64,000 bases of DNA, taken from positions 24,304,001 to 24,368,000 of the forward strand of contig JAQFVV010000002.1 of assembly GCA_028023455.1 (NCBI GenBank), written 5' to 3'. This DNA comes from Epiperipatus broadwayi. Taxonomy: Eukaryota; Animalia; Onychophora. Position numbers and translations under genes: made by a program. Within the stretch, counting starts at the first letter, position 1. The number at the start of each line of letters is the position of its first letter. The notes under the pieces are model-generated. The model worked only from the letters and a program-made list of their open reading frames with translations, did not search any database and was not told where the DNA came from. Shown piece after piece: positions 38,401 to 52,720 of the stretch.

Positions 38401-41122
38401 CTGCCATGACACGTATCACCAGATTCTCTTAATTTAACATCCAGACTCAATTCAATTTTAAACAAGTTTAACATACATTATGCAAATAATATTAAATTCT
38501 ATTTGATCTTTTACTATATTTGATTATTATTAATTAAAATATCTAAATTATCAGATGACAAACCAGAATGCATTGCAATTAACACTATTAATTTTAGAAA
38601 AAATAGTTTATAAACATTTATAAATGTTAACATTATAATTTCAACTGTTGTTAATAAATAAGATTTTCTCTAAGCATCTCTTAATATAATTACACATGAT
38701 ACTTCACTTTAACTTTCTTATATTACAGCATTCCTTTGGGATCTTCATGCTAGCACACATATACATAAATTTCAATAGGCATTTTAATCCTTAAATGTTC
38801 CCCAACTGTTCTGCTTCAGCAATACTACAATCCAAATAGATTTTGCTGTTTTACATGCATGGTGGCCAGCATTACATTTTAAATCATAGACATAGAATGA
38901 AGAGAACATCATGCCTCTTTCTTTTTCCAGGCCTTCTACTCACAACTCATTTTGTTTATTGCTAGTCCAAAACTGATGTATAAGATGAGAATGTTAAAAT
39001 TACAAAACTATTAAGGGAAAGAAAGTATGTTTTTCATCCTTACGAAAATCATTCCTATCTCTCTAGTAACACAAACAATGCAGTCTAGATTTTTAAACAC
39101 TGGTATTTCAATGTGATTTTTTTCTTCAAATGTTAATAAAGCATTTTTGTTATTCAGCAATAATTTAAACAAAAATATTTTTAATTTTAATAAATAAGTG
39201 ACTCACTTATCCTACATTTATTCAAATGAAACATTTTTATTAAACATTTGACCTTGAATTGTTCTATTTATTCGGCAATTTATAAAGCACAGAAAGTGAC
39301 AAATGAAGAATAGTGTATATACCACAAAATATTGTAACAGGAACCAGGTTTAAACCCTGTTCCAAGATAAGGGATTCTGTAACCACACACATATATATAT
39401 ATTATGGTTACTACATATAAGTTAATGTATTCATTTGATTTTTTTTTTCTAAAATGATTAAATAAAAAGCTAAAACGGGCTTAAGAGGAAGAGTTTGTGC
39501 TCATTTATGCTAATAAAATATGTGTATGTATATGTTATTGTATATCAAACATACAGAAAGAATCATCTGGAAAAGCATATAATGTATATATTTTATGTTG
39601 TGTCTAATTTTTGTTTTATTTTTAATAAAAATAAAGAAATTTGTGAATGATAAAAAAAAAGAGAAACTAAACAGATTTTTATCTACAAAATGCTTTTACC
39701 ATAGGTATTGTTTGAAGTTATTTTTCAAGGTGTCTAACGAAACTGTTTAAGATTTTAAAAAATGTCCTAAAAGGTTTTCCTGGGGGGGGGGGATAGGACA
39801 AAAGAAACCGGATCTCAGATCCTATAGAATAATCAAGAGAAAATACCTAACATTTTTGAGAAGAGTAGAACTTTCTAGAAAAGAAAAAAAGGTATAAATA
39901 GGAAAATCAGGAAACCATTTTAGTTTTTATGCTGTTATTTTCACTGCCATATTTAAATCACATCCGAGATTTATGAATGCTGATTTTTTTTTTTAAAAAA
40001 ATATTTGCCAGATAATATGAACAGGTTGGAGTAAAACTCTAAGAATGCTGGGCTTTTATTCCACTGCTCAATGAAGAAACAAAAGCTGCTTCATGATCGT
40101 ATAACTACCCGAAGTGAAAAAGAATCTGCATCCGTCAATCAGCATCTCTACCAGTATCCTGAATCATTATCATGTCCTTGGAAATTTAAAAAAGAATAAG
40201 ACATCCTTGTTGAACAATTTCTGAGACCAGAGTGTTTCCCAAATAAACTCACTTTCTTTATGAATCGGAACAAGCTACTTTCCCCAGAGTTCCAAAGGCA
40301 ATACGTATGTTATTCTAAACTTATATTAATGCACATTCTCAATATTATATTTAGACTGTAATTTTGTTATATTAAATCAGACTACCAATCTTAAAGATAA
40401 ATTATGTAATATTTGTAATGATTAGCCATATTCTCTGTCAAAAAAAATGTACATGCTATTACATTCATTAAATATTTGAGCACTGTTATTTACTCTATTT
40501 TTGTATTTCATATATTATTTATTTAGTTCAAAAATATAAGCATGCTTTTAGTAATTAAATAATTTAATTAATTTGACTCTTACTGCCTTACCTATACATG
40601 TTTCTGTTGGTCTAAGTACCACCCACCCTGAGCAAGCTATTCAGTGACTGGTCATTTATTAACAAGCCATGATTACTCTCATCTCTTCCAGTATAATTAT
40701 TATGCAAACATAGGATAGGCAATTGGAGTCAGAATAACCTGACATCCATAAATATACTGGTCAGGAAGTGTAAATGAATAATTAAGTGACACTAAGGCCA
40801 TCTCGATCAATCAAATGGTTTCATTCATAAGTCTTGTTAGTAATAAATATAAGAATACCAAGTAAATAATTTGTAGAAATAGTGTTAGTCTAATCAAGCA
40901 AACGGTAATGAGAAAAGTGGTAACCTGTTACAATATATACATGCTTAAATTTGTATATAAAAAGTGGTCAAAATTGTAAGGATTCCTTTTCTCTAGTAAA
41001 AAACTTAAACCATTAGTAAAATAAAATAATTAAATATAATATTGAACAATTTAGATGAACTATAAATAATTTGTAAATTACATTTAGATGTATGAACATC
41101 TGAGACTTAAATACTTTTAGAA

Positions 41123-41233
41123 TTTTTTTTTTCATATGTCATAGCATCGGCCGGGAGGTGAACCCACAACCGTCTGCAACCAACTACTTGCTTGCATGGC
41201 GGCTGCGATACCTCTCGGCTAACAATGCAAGAC
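41123..41233 (-). mobile_element. tRNA-only poly(A) SINE, long subfamily
   Basis: Family consensus; 11-bp TSD tacttttagaa (41112-41122, 41234-41244). Confidence 0.87.
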
Positions 41234-42504
41234 TACTTTTAGAAGTTAAAAACTTAATACAAAGCTTGTATTGGAGGAAATAAAAAAAATTCAACATGTT
41301 TAGCTATTATTATTTTTTCCCCTGAGAATGTAATGTTTATCACTTATAATTATTTATACCTTACAATAACAAGCTCATATAAATAATAATTAGCAAAAAA
41401 AAAATTAAATTCTATTATATTAATATAGACATAAAAATATATATTAATATATTTTTAATGGCTGTTTTAAATAAAAATATTTAATTTATGAAGTTATCCA
41501 TTTATAATTACTTAATTAAAAAGCACTTTACCTAGAACAGTAGCTAATAAATCCCCAGGCCAAGAGTTAAAGTAACACCACTAGACTGTTAGGTAAAGTG
41601 TTTTCTAATTAAGTAATTATCAATGGATAATCTTCACATTATATATATTATAAAATCAATAATATAAATACATTAAACTTCAGATACAAATAAAAAGTAA
41701 CACTAATATTAGGTACTCCTGCATACATATTTATAAACATAAAAAAAATAGTATGACTCATTAGAACCAAATTCTAACAAATGAATTAAAAAACAAAACT
41801 AATTCTACCTATAATTACAAATGTTTCACATTAATTACAGCAAAAAAATAATGCTTCAAAATGTCTAGAGATATTAAATATAAACTGTTTATGTTATTAA
41901 AATGAGAAAAATTTTTGTTTATAATTATAGAACTTGAATGTTCTAGTGCAGCAATCATTTAAATTTGCATAAATCAGTAATATAAAAAAATATTTGATAA
42001 AGAATATCTCAAAGTTGGATGAGATTAATACTTATATTTTATAAAAACACATTCATATCATAAATAATTAAAAGATTATAATAATAGAAAATAATTAATC
42101 AATAAAAAAAAATTATAATATTATCAATGAAAAATTATTTAACAAATGAAAATAAAAAATTTCTTGAAACGAAAGTTTTCACTGAATCTTTTCCCTATTG
42201 CTTATAAGTGAATTAATTTGGATATGAAACTTACATTGCAATAATAAATATAATTCTTTCCATATTTTCAGAAAATAAAAATTGAAAAAAATATAAACGA
42301 GAAAAAATGAATTAAAATTGGTAAAAAAATATAGTGTGATGATTTAATAAAAAAATTATAAACTGAAAAACATTATTAAAAAAAAAATGTTTTAGTTACT
42401 AATTCATAATTTGTTTTAGTAGAAAAAGAAATTAAATAAAAAAGCATTATGTCTCAACAAAAATCTAGCATTGTATGATGCATTTAATAATCATTATATA
42501 AAAC

Positions 42505-42575
42505 AGTACATGAATGATGGATAAATATACATTATATATATATATATACAGTATATGAATGATGGATAAATATAC

Positions 42576-42608
<33 letters not shown>
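42505..42608 (+). repeat. Tandem duplication of cagtacatgaatgatggataaatatacatta(TA)n
   Basis: Two adjacent copies, each ending in (TA)n. Confidence 0.85.
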
Positions 42609-42611
<3 letters not shown>

Positions 42612-44377
42612 CATAAACATACACATATTAAATAAATAAAAATTATTAAAACCTCAATCACCAAACGAAAAGATATGTGAACATATTTAAAATATGCACA
42701 CACATATCATTATCAGTATATAAAAAAGGCAAAGAATGTAATAAAAAAAATTTCTTTACAAATATATAATCAACAACAAAAACAAAAGTAACATACTTTT
42801 TCACCTTTTTTATACCACCTTCTATATTATCATCTGAAAACTATCATTATTTTTTAGAGGTTACAGTGAGTGGCATAAAGAAAGTGAACAAATATAGTAC
42901 TAAAACAATAGTATATAAGATGAAGTCAAGTGATAAATCATGTGATATTTTATTGGTGTACAAAAAAGGTAATTAATTAAGTCAATGGGAAATATATATA
43001 TATATATATAAAGATATGGTTGGTCATACTGCACTGAACAATAAATAATATATATGCTATCAAAAAAATCAAAATTCTAACATAAATGCAGATTCTATAA
43101 CAAATGAAGAAAAATTCTTTTGATCAACACAACATATGCAAATCCATAATATGGATCTTTGCCAAATTGATTAAAGCATGACATTTTTTATGGTACACTT
43201 TGTAAAGTGAATTAGTCATTTATATGTACTTTTTGCAGAGAATAAAAGGTCTGATTATTTTGATATATAATTTTAGATACATATGGCAAGGGTTGGGTGA
43301 AAAAACTAATTGCATTTTACTTAGATATTAAGAAAGATTGTTCATACTTCTGATGTGTATATAAAAAATTTTAAATTTTCATAACGGAAAGTTTGATTAT
43401 AGTTTTCATTAAAAAATGATTGTTTATGTTTTTCATGCAAGTAAGATTTTTTTATGCTTATAATTAAGAAAAGTTTGATTATAGTTTTCTCTGAAAAAAG
43501 GATTGTTTTTAAATTTACATGTACAATATTTATTTTCATACTTCTATTTTAAATTTTATATTATATTTTTCCTGTGTTGAATAAGTTGATTCTAAATACA
43601 TATATATATTTAATCTATACCAGAACACTATAATAAATGAAAGTTTAAAGACAATTATTTCATTGTAACATACCTCAATTTATTAAACATAGATAATTTA
43701 AAAAATTAAAGTGAATAATGGTGAAAGTTATATATGATCTTTTAAAAAAAAAAAAAAAGAGGTAGAGGTATGGGAAGATTGTGGTAAAAAATTACTTCCA
43801 GAATATTTTACATTAAATTGCATCAAAAATATATCAATTATGAAATTTACTAAATTTTAATTATTATAAAATTCTGAATTCAAAATAGGTTGAGATAGAA
43901 TACTTTTATAGTCACATAACTATAACATCATAAATTAATACACTTATTCAACTTATCAAGCAGGCATCTGCAACACACATTTCAAGTTAATAAATATGTA
44001 TATTATTTTAATTTTAATGCATAAAAACAATCACATTTTTATAAATAAAATAATAAAAACAAAAATATTACACAACAATTTTCAGTCCATAGTATTGGAA
44101 AAAAACATTGAACCTATAAAAATTGTCGTTCATAATGAAATATCTATTGTAAGTGATTTTGGAGTAAAACTGTCATAATTTCAAAATATAAAATTAAAAT
44201 AAAGAAAATTTGTAATGCTTATTTGTATTAATTATTAACAACAGATAATAATAATAATAAAAAGTGCTAAATCTGGAACTTAAAACTAAAATAATAACTA
44301 AAAAACAACAACATATAAACTCGTAAATTTATCACATTCTACAGAAATCGGTTTTGGGAGTCAAAAAGTTTAAATTA

Positions 44378-44479
<102 letters not shown>

Positions 44480-45579
44480 CTAAAAAAAAAATTCATCCAT
44501 TCAATAGCTGTCTGTGTTTCTGTATACAATACATTATCCAATACTAAGTGCGAATATATAATTAAATATCTACTAGTTTATTATTAAATTATCACTTTTT
44601 ATTTTTTCAACTATATGTAGGGAATTCAAATCCCTTCTAATTACATTAAGTTCAGTATAGACAATACACTTGTATTTAAATATTCAACTATAATCATTAA
44701 AAAAAATAAGCAATTAATGATAATTGAAGATTACAAAAAAAAAAAAAATATTTTGACGAATATATGTATAACTTTATAAAAATAAAAAAAATTTTTATTG
44801 GATATATTGTATATGTTCTATCTGACTTGTCCAAATAAAATATTTTTGATTTTTTTTTTAAAAAGGTTGGATCTCATTGGGCTATTAGTCAAATATTATT
44901 TATCCTAAAAAGAAAATAACTACATAAAATACATATCTCACTAAGCAAAAGTTTTAAAAATTAAAATATTATAGATTGTTATCAATGAGGTGAAAACAGC
45001 ATGTCTGTGCTCTTTGATGTGATGTAACTGTGGCTTCTCCTTAAACGAAGTCAAGAATCTCTAAGCAATTATGCTTAGAGAAACCAGTTAGCCACTATTT
45101 TCCATCCCCCAATCTAAGTTTTCCCATATTTTGCTCCATCCCATTTCCACAACATAATCTCTGTCAACTCTATGGCCTTTATATCTAAATTTCCCTTATT
45201 TTTTCCAGCCCAAGATGCACATCTCTGACCAAATTAAAACTAAATGGTAAAATATTTGTAATTATATGTTGGACTATTGCCATCATCTAATATTTAAAAA
45301 ATTCAAACTTTATTTTAACATTCCAAATACACAATTTAGTGTACAACATAACATTTTGAGTGGTATTATTTTCTTCTCTTCATGTGTTGCTGACCTGCCC
45401 AGTCACAATACAGAAATCAAATCCGGTCCTTTAAATTAATGAATATTGAATTTAGAATAGTGCTCTAATCATCTATCAAAGTCAACAGTCAGTAGAAATT
45501 TTGTATACTTATCTATGGAGGTCCTCCTTATTCCTCTTCATGGATAAGTACATGAAATTTGTTACAGACTGTTGCCTTT

Positions 45580-45715
45580 GGCAGAACAGCTCAGTTGGTT
45601 AGAGAATAACATTAAATTCAACATTGAACACTGTAAAGATTTGGGTTCCATTCCCATACTCGTACTGTCACTGGTCAGGTCAGCAACAACTGAAGAAGAA
45701 TGAAGAATAATGCCA
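45580..45715 (+). mobile_element. Second tRNA-derived SINE family, with an inverted 3' fragment at ~45360-45410
   Basis: A box GCTCAGTTGGTTAGAG, B box GGGTTCCATTCCC, and 3' ggtcagcaacaactgaagaag...aataat whose reverse complement occurs at 45360-45400. Confidence 0.55.
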
Positions 45716-48700
45716 GAATTTTTTTTATCAATATTAGATTATGGAAATAGTCCAACATTTAATTTAGATAGTATGGATTGATAGATTATTAATAAATTTA
45801 ATCTATACAGTATACAGAAAATATTTATATATAAATAAAGCTATAGATAATATAATTAATGTTTATTTACATTTTTAGCAGAATTTTGGCTTTACAATAA
45901 GTAAAAGATGAATCTGAAAAAAGCCTTGAAACCAGGATTTCAGATTAATAGTCTTATAAAAACAGCTAGGGAATAACAACAAAATCTCTATACTACATTA
46001 CAAAATGTTCTTAGGAAAATGAATGCATAAGAATATTTTATTATGCTTACAAGAAATCTTTATATGGAAAAAGAAGCTATATTTAAAATTATCCATAGTG
46101 AAACAGACAGGCTTTATTTACATTTATAAACAAGCTTCACAACCTAATGTATAATCTTCCTACTGATCTGATATTATATTTTGCTGTTATTGTTTTGGAT
46201 AATTCATAATCTAAAATAATAATAGTAAATGGTCATTTTCCCGCTGCAAAAGGTTATAATCATGGTACTTGGAGGTAATCCAGCTATTAATTAAATATAT
46301 GTGGTGATTATCACAACATATCATTAATTCAATTCACATGTTAAATATGTAATAAAAAAGACAGATTATATTAAATCAAATGTGAATTATCAAAAACTTT
46401 AGATATATCCAGATACAGAAGATCTTAAGACTCACATTAGAAAAGTTAGAGATCAGTATGAAAAGACATTTCCAACAAAATATGAGAAAGATAAAGATTA
46501 AGATGACAGATCAGCAGATGATTTCAAAATTGATAGTAAATGCATAGAAGAATTCTCCAGTTCTGACTTCCTGGAATCATTCAACAGCAGATCCAATATT
46601 ATAAATATTCATTTCAAATTAATACTGGACAAAGTTTAATGAAAAATCTGAGCATTTTTAAATATGTATTTTAAAATATGTCTCAAGTCATAAATGTTGA
46701 AGCTAAAAAGTTTTCTGTAACTCTCTATGCGTGTGAAAAAAATGATATGAATAATATTAATGTTTATAAACTGTAATGCTGAGAGACTTCTGAAAATTCC
46801 ATGGAGAGCAATGAAAATAAACAAGTGGATACTTGAACAAATTAAATCTGAATTCCAATGTGAAGAACAAATAACCATGAGAAATTAATTTATTTTGGGA
46901 ATATCATGAAATGATCTAATTTATAAAAAAAAATATATCATGGTGGAAAATGTTAATAATGATAGATAGTAAGAAATTCCAGTACTTGAAAAACACTATA
47001 AATAAAGTAAATAATTGAATGTCTTGAATACTGGAAATAACAACAATGAAACCAATCCAAAAATATCATATTCCAGAGATTAACTCTTTACAACTGAAGT
47101 AAACAATACAATGCTATTCATATGATTGAAAGAAGTCAATATTGGTTTGATGGCACCTAATCATAATAATAACATACATAATGAATGTATTTTACAACAT
47201 AATTACAAGTAATTTTTATGTTGTCACAAAAGTAATCATTATTAGTTTATACAATGAAAAAGATATTTTAAAATAAAAATAAAAATCTTTTAAGTTTCAA
47301 AGAAAAATTGCAGGACAATGTTTAACTTTAATAATATATTATTTAAAAATGGCTGAATAAATTCAATAATATTTTAGAAATGTAATGGATTTTCAAATAT
47401 AAATGTATATTTTTTAATTAGTTTTTTTTTTTCCTTTTTAATAAAATGTTTCTAAGAAATTTATTCGATTCAAAATTAACATGTTTTAAATCCAATTTTT
47501 GACTGTATTTCCCATGTACAATATTCTAGAAGTTTTTAACCCCTGTTTCAAAAAATAAATTTTCTTGACTACACATTCATCAATATTCTAAAATCTTTTT
47601 TCTTTTTTAAAAAATAAACTCCATTGATATAAAGAAATGATAATGACATGAAACTCACTAAGTACTATCATGAGTCAAACATATTATATTCATAAAGAAA
47701 GCAATGATCAGACCATTAGTCAATGATGTTTCAAATCTGGGGTCTGGATACAAAAATTCTGTTTTAACTAATACAAATTTGATAAACTTCAAAATTTTAC
47801 ATCATTCTCACTACAAACGTCTGTAAAAAGTAAATCATCATTGATGTTAATCATTTACATTGCATCAAAGTATAACAAAAGATTTGTCAAATATTTGAAT
47901 TAGTAGTAAAAAGATTTATAAACTATATGTTATGTATACTCCTCAGTCTGTTAAAAAGCATTTTGTTTATATTTATAATAATAACGATGTGAATAAACAA
48001 TGCATAACTTCTCAAAAGAGTACTTTATGGTTAATGTAAATACAGTTTTCATGGGAGGTGCAGATACTGTTTGTGTTATATAGATTATCTCAAAAGACAT
48101 TTTAAAGAAGTACAAAATTGATTAGTTGCTTTGAGACGATGTTCCTGATAATCAAATACAATGGAGAACTATACCTAGAAATGGTCTTCAAAGACTTTCA
48201 GAAAAAAAAAGATATGCTGCAGAAGATGTTAAAAGATAGAATTGTAAGATATCAAATAAGCGTAATAATGGCTAGCATGTTCTATATGCAGATTATTTAT
48301 AGTTTGTATAGTCAATCTCAAAACTCATCTCTAATATATATTTTACCCATCTTTTTTGATCTTTTTATTGAAGTTGGAGACCATACTTGCAGTAACTGCT
48401 GAGTATTGGAAAAACTCTTTTTGGGATGAAAGGTATATAAGAATAGCAATTATACTCTTTTTTAAAAAACTATTTTATATGTTTTCTATTTTTTAGTCTT
48501 GATAATGTTACTTTAGAAAACTAGTGGACTCTTTTTGAAGTGAACTTTAAGTCAAAAGCTACACTTTGGTGATTGCCACAAACCTATTCATTTAAATAAT
48601 AAATGAAAGAAATTATATAAAAATATAATAAAAATTCATAAAATGCATACATATAAAATAACGTTTCTTATTTTTCTTTAATGAAAACAAACTGGTTCAA

Positions 48701-49136
48701 TATATAAACATTTTATTATATATGTATATTTATTAATGAACACACACATGTATATATATTCATTAAAAAACCAGTCAACACATAGACAATCCCAATATCA
48801 ATAACAATCAACAATTTCAAACAGTTGTCAAGGCAACCTTCTTTTAATGATATATAAATAAGTAGTAGTTCTTAATAATTTCAAATTGTATTTTAAAATA
48901 ATAAACAAAATTATTAACAATTTTAAAAATTTTTTGATTATCATCAAAAAAATTACTTATTGGCAACTTTAGTCTCAAAATACAAAAAGTATACATGGTG
49001 CTTCAAAAAATTTTTACTGGTATTAAAATTGTATCTGATGATTTGAAATTAGCTTAATAAGAAAAGTGGGAATTCATGGCTATTAATGTCGCTTTGTAAA
49101 GTTATTCTTAAAATCAACAAACTTGTAACTTTAGAG

Positions 49137-49627
49137 CAGTGGTCTTCAACCTTTTCACACCTGCGGACCGGTAAAAATAAGGATAAGGTTTCGCAGACCA
49201 GCAAAAATAAGGATAAGGTTTCATGGACCAGCAGAAGTCTATAGATAAATTTTCTTAAAGATGTAAACAGATTAGCCTTAGATGAAGTTATATACATGGA
49301 GTTTGTATAATAAAAAACTTTTTTTTTTTTAATTTTGAATTTTTAGAAAAGTAATAAAAAATTTAATTCTATCCCCCCCCGCCCCCATAAACATCTGTGA
49401 TAACTAGAAAAACTAATTTATGTATGACTGATTAGATTTTGTTCTGTTTCTTTTTTTTTAATCAAATAAAAGTGCGATGAAAAAAATAAATAAAAATTGT
49501 TTATATTAATTAAAAGTTTAAAATCTTATTATTTTGTTATTAAAACTTTCTTGCTAGTCTAGCGCGGACCAGCAAAAAACTTCTACGGCCCGGCACCAGG
49601 CCGCGGACCGGTGGTTGAAGACCACTG
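49137..49627. mobile_element. hAT (Charlie-type) MITE
   Basis: Perfect 15-bp TIRs cagtggtcttcaacc / ggttgaagaccactg and perfect 8-bp TSD ctttagag (49129-49136, 49628-49635); internal short tandem duplication. Confidence 0.92.
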
Positions 49628-50006
49628 CTTTAGAGTTTCAACTGGATGGAAACTGGAAAGATGTTGAAAAGCAAATGGTCACAATTAGAGCAAGATTTAT
49701 TACCTCAACATACAATTTAGACTTTTTTGACCAGAATATTGTAAATGCTATGATCTCGGTAAAATTAAATGAACATCTAACTATAAGAAATAAAACACTA
49801 AATCTAGTTCCAAAAAGTTAATAAATATTAGGACAAAGTATACAACATATTAAGAGCAAGCAAACTCACATTCTATAAAAACCATAAACATCATAAATAA
49901 AAACCAGAAAACTTGTATCATGGCTAGTAATCTGATAAACTTTTAAAATGTTCTTCAGAAAAACAATTGATTGGTTATCCAAAAATTTAAAATAATGTAA
50001 AGCGCG

Positions 50007-50078
<72 letters not shown>
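50007..50078 (+). repeat. (TAG)n microsatellite
   Basis: Directly visible; source of the poly-Tyr ORF. Confidence 0.98.
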
Positions 50079-50835
50079 TTGAAAAGACCAATACAATAGC
50101 TACCAAACTAAATCTGTTTAGGATTACAATTCCAACTGGGAATTATATAGATGCATTTAATTCCAACATTAAAGATCAACTATTGAAAGAAAAAAATGAT
50201 GAGAGTATTGCAGGAGTATACAGATAGACAAGAATTAAATCATAGGCTATAAGTTATAAAATCATTCTTATTGTAATAATGAAAATTATTGTGTATTAAG
50301 CATGTAGAAAAAACCAAGCATTATGGAGATTAAAGTAAAATCTTTGGGTAATTTTGGATATTAAATTATTCAGTCAGATATTCTTTTATTTTAAAAGTCA
50401 TTAGAGATATATATTTTATAACTGTCATTAGATCAGAGATAACATAAACCAGATAAATATTATCTAATCTAAAAAGATGATTGACAAGGTGAAAAAAAAA
50501 AGACAACTTATATGGTTGCAAATTTAAAAGTTAAACTTATTAATAAATGCCTATTCATACAAACTGATTTTAGATGAAAGGAAATTAAGTTTGTATCTAC
50601 ATGTTAAAGTTTTCACATACACGTTATCTAATCAGATCAAAACCACTAAAAACTGAATAATTCTTAATTCAAAAAACAAAAACCAACAACCAAAAACATT
50701 TGTCTTATCAGTGATAAATTGACAGCAATTTAGCAAAAAAAAAAAAAGGCTTTCATGATTCTTTTACGAATAAGCATTTATTTTATAACGTCTTGCGTGC
50801 GATTATAATTACGATAGAATGACAGCCTGTTAAGC

Positions 50836-50930
50836 TAAATTGCGCAGACGCTGTGAGAATAAAATGAATACATGTGGTTGTTCGAAGGTATTCATTTATT
50901 AACAAATTCTCACAGCGTCTGCGCAATTTA
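50836..50930. other. 95-nt hairpin with a perfect 25-bp stem (tiny TA-flanked MITE or small-RNA hairpin)
   Basis: taaattgcgcagacgctgtgagaat (50836-50860) / attctcacagcgtctgcgcaattta (50906-50930); inner aatgaatac / gtattcatt also pairs. Confidence 0.7.
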
Positions 50931-51744
50931 TGATTCTTTTGAAAAAACATAAATAACTACTATCATTACAAGTTCACAAGTTTTATCCTAATAATCTATG
51001 TAATAAATATAGTATACATAGATTACCATAAATGTATTTGAACCAACTGAATTTTAAATGATAATTATAATTAAATAATAAGTACAAATATTAAAAAAAA
51101 AAGATGTCTTCAGAAAGATTAATAATAATATGATGTAAGTTGAGGCAAGATATGTTGAATTTTGTATTAGCTTTATGAATAAATGATGATGGTTTATTTT
51201 ATTTATACTGTACTTAAAAAAAAAAAAAAGTATTTGTATACTTCATGTCAATTAACAATAAATGTCTTCTTATATTCATATACAAACATAAATAGAAAGG
51301 CAATATATCACCAAAGCAAATTACGCACATTTAGATATTGTCCCTGTTACATAGATATTAAATTCAAGAATATATTTATATATTATTATCAAATATGGCA
51401 GTTGTTTTGGTGTTGAATTTCTAAAAGGAATATTTCAAAATTCAATCACTGTATGAAAGACTTCTAAGTAAATAAATGTAACGATCATTGACACTGTTTA
51501 GAAAATAAAAAATAAGAAATCGTAAATTTTTATATAAATTTATTATCCAGATAATAATTCGCATAATTATTACCCATTTGTATTAGGATTTGTCACATGA
51601 AACATATATTCATAAAACTTTTAAATTTAGAGTTTAAAAATTTATCAATATTCTTATAAAAAAAGGTATACTTTAAAAACACATATCCACTTTAATATAT
51701 ATATAATATTCAAATATAAGTATATTGTCTATACTAAACTTAAT

Positions 51745-52150
51745 GTAATTAGAAGGGACTTGAATTCAGGCTTTCAAGCTGTTTACAGCTAAGCACTCCA
51801 CATGATCACATATATATAAAAAAGATAAATGATCTCCAACATACATATTTCATGCTAAACCAGCACTCATCAGTTGGCCCAGATGACCATTAACCAGGCA
51901 TATATACAATCAGTACTCATTTTATATTAAGATTGAAGTTTGAAGATTTACTTTCTTAATATAAACTGAACATGTGGGAGATGATGATCTGGATCAATTG
52001 ATGAGTGCTGGTTCAGCATGAAATATATATTTTGGAAATTATTCATCTTTTTCACATGTTTGCAATCATGTGTATCAGTTGCATAAGATGAAGTGCATAG
52101 CTGCAAAGAGCTTGAAAGTCTGAGTTCAAGTTCCCTTCCAGTTATATATA
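51745..52150. mobile_element. Head-to-head pair of H1 copies
   Basis: Minus HHR 51836-51877 and plus HHR 51994-52035; B-box-like ends face outward. Confidence 0.78.
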
Positions 52151-52222
52151 TATACGTGTAAGAGATGTGACAATTTAATTCCTGAAATTCACCTTTATAA
52201 AATATACATATTGAGATATACA

Positions 52223-52720
52223 CTAGTTGCTACAGTCACCTTCAAAGTACTCCTCTTTTGTCAAGCATTGTTAGCCGAGAGGTCAGTGCAGCCGCCTTGC
52301 AAGCAAGTAGTTGTTTGCAGATGGTTGTGGGTTCGCTTCCCGGTAGATGCTATGACATATGAAAAAAAAAAAAAGTACTCCACTTATGTATTTATTTATA
52401 CACTGATTAAAATGGCATTCCCACTTCTGGAAGCACAGATGGAATTCATTTTCAGAAACACTGTTGAACAGTCAGTCATCTTGCGTTCTTTTGGATATCA
52501 GTTACAGTAGATAGAAAAATCTTCATTCTTTTAATGCAGATTTTAATTTTGGAAAATAACCAAAAATCAAGGAGAGCTAAGTCAGATGAATAGGCAGGAT
52601 GGTCTAGTTGTGCAATTGATTTTTTGGTCAAAAAGTCTCTCATAATGAATACACCATGACCCATTTTTTACACCAAAGCATACTTATGTTCTCAATATCC
52701 AACTAACACCTAGCTCTATC
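52223..52720 (-). mobile_element. Mariner transposase C-terminal remnant interrupted by a SINE
   Basis: FLTKKSIAQLDHPAYSSDLALLDFWLFSKIK (YSPDLAPxD motif), then CFQKW...CI and terminal EYFEGD..* on the far side of the SINE. Confidence 0.85.
52260..52374 (+). mobile_element. tRNA-only poly(A) SINE, long subfamily, inserted in the mariner
   Basis: Family consensus; TSD aaagtactcctctttt / aaagtactccacttat. Confidence 0.87.

Noticed and set aside
46380-46640. Protein-like reading with one stop (YPDTEDLKTHIRKVRD...)
   Set aside because: No diagnostic motif; could be a decayed TE but cannot be supported.
50410-50450. SDLMT resembling the RPC1 exon upstream of 44479
   Set aside because: Surrounding residues do not match and there is no donor site.
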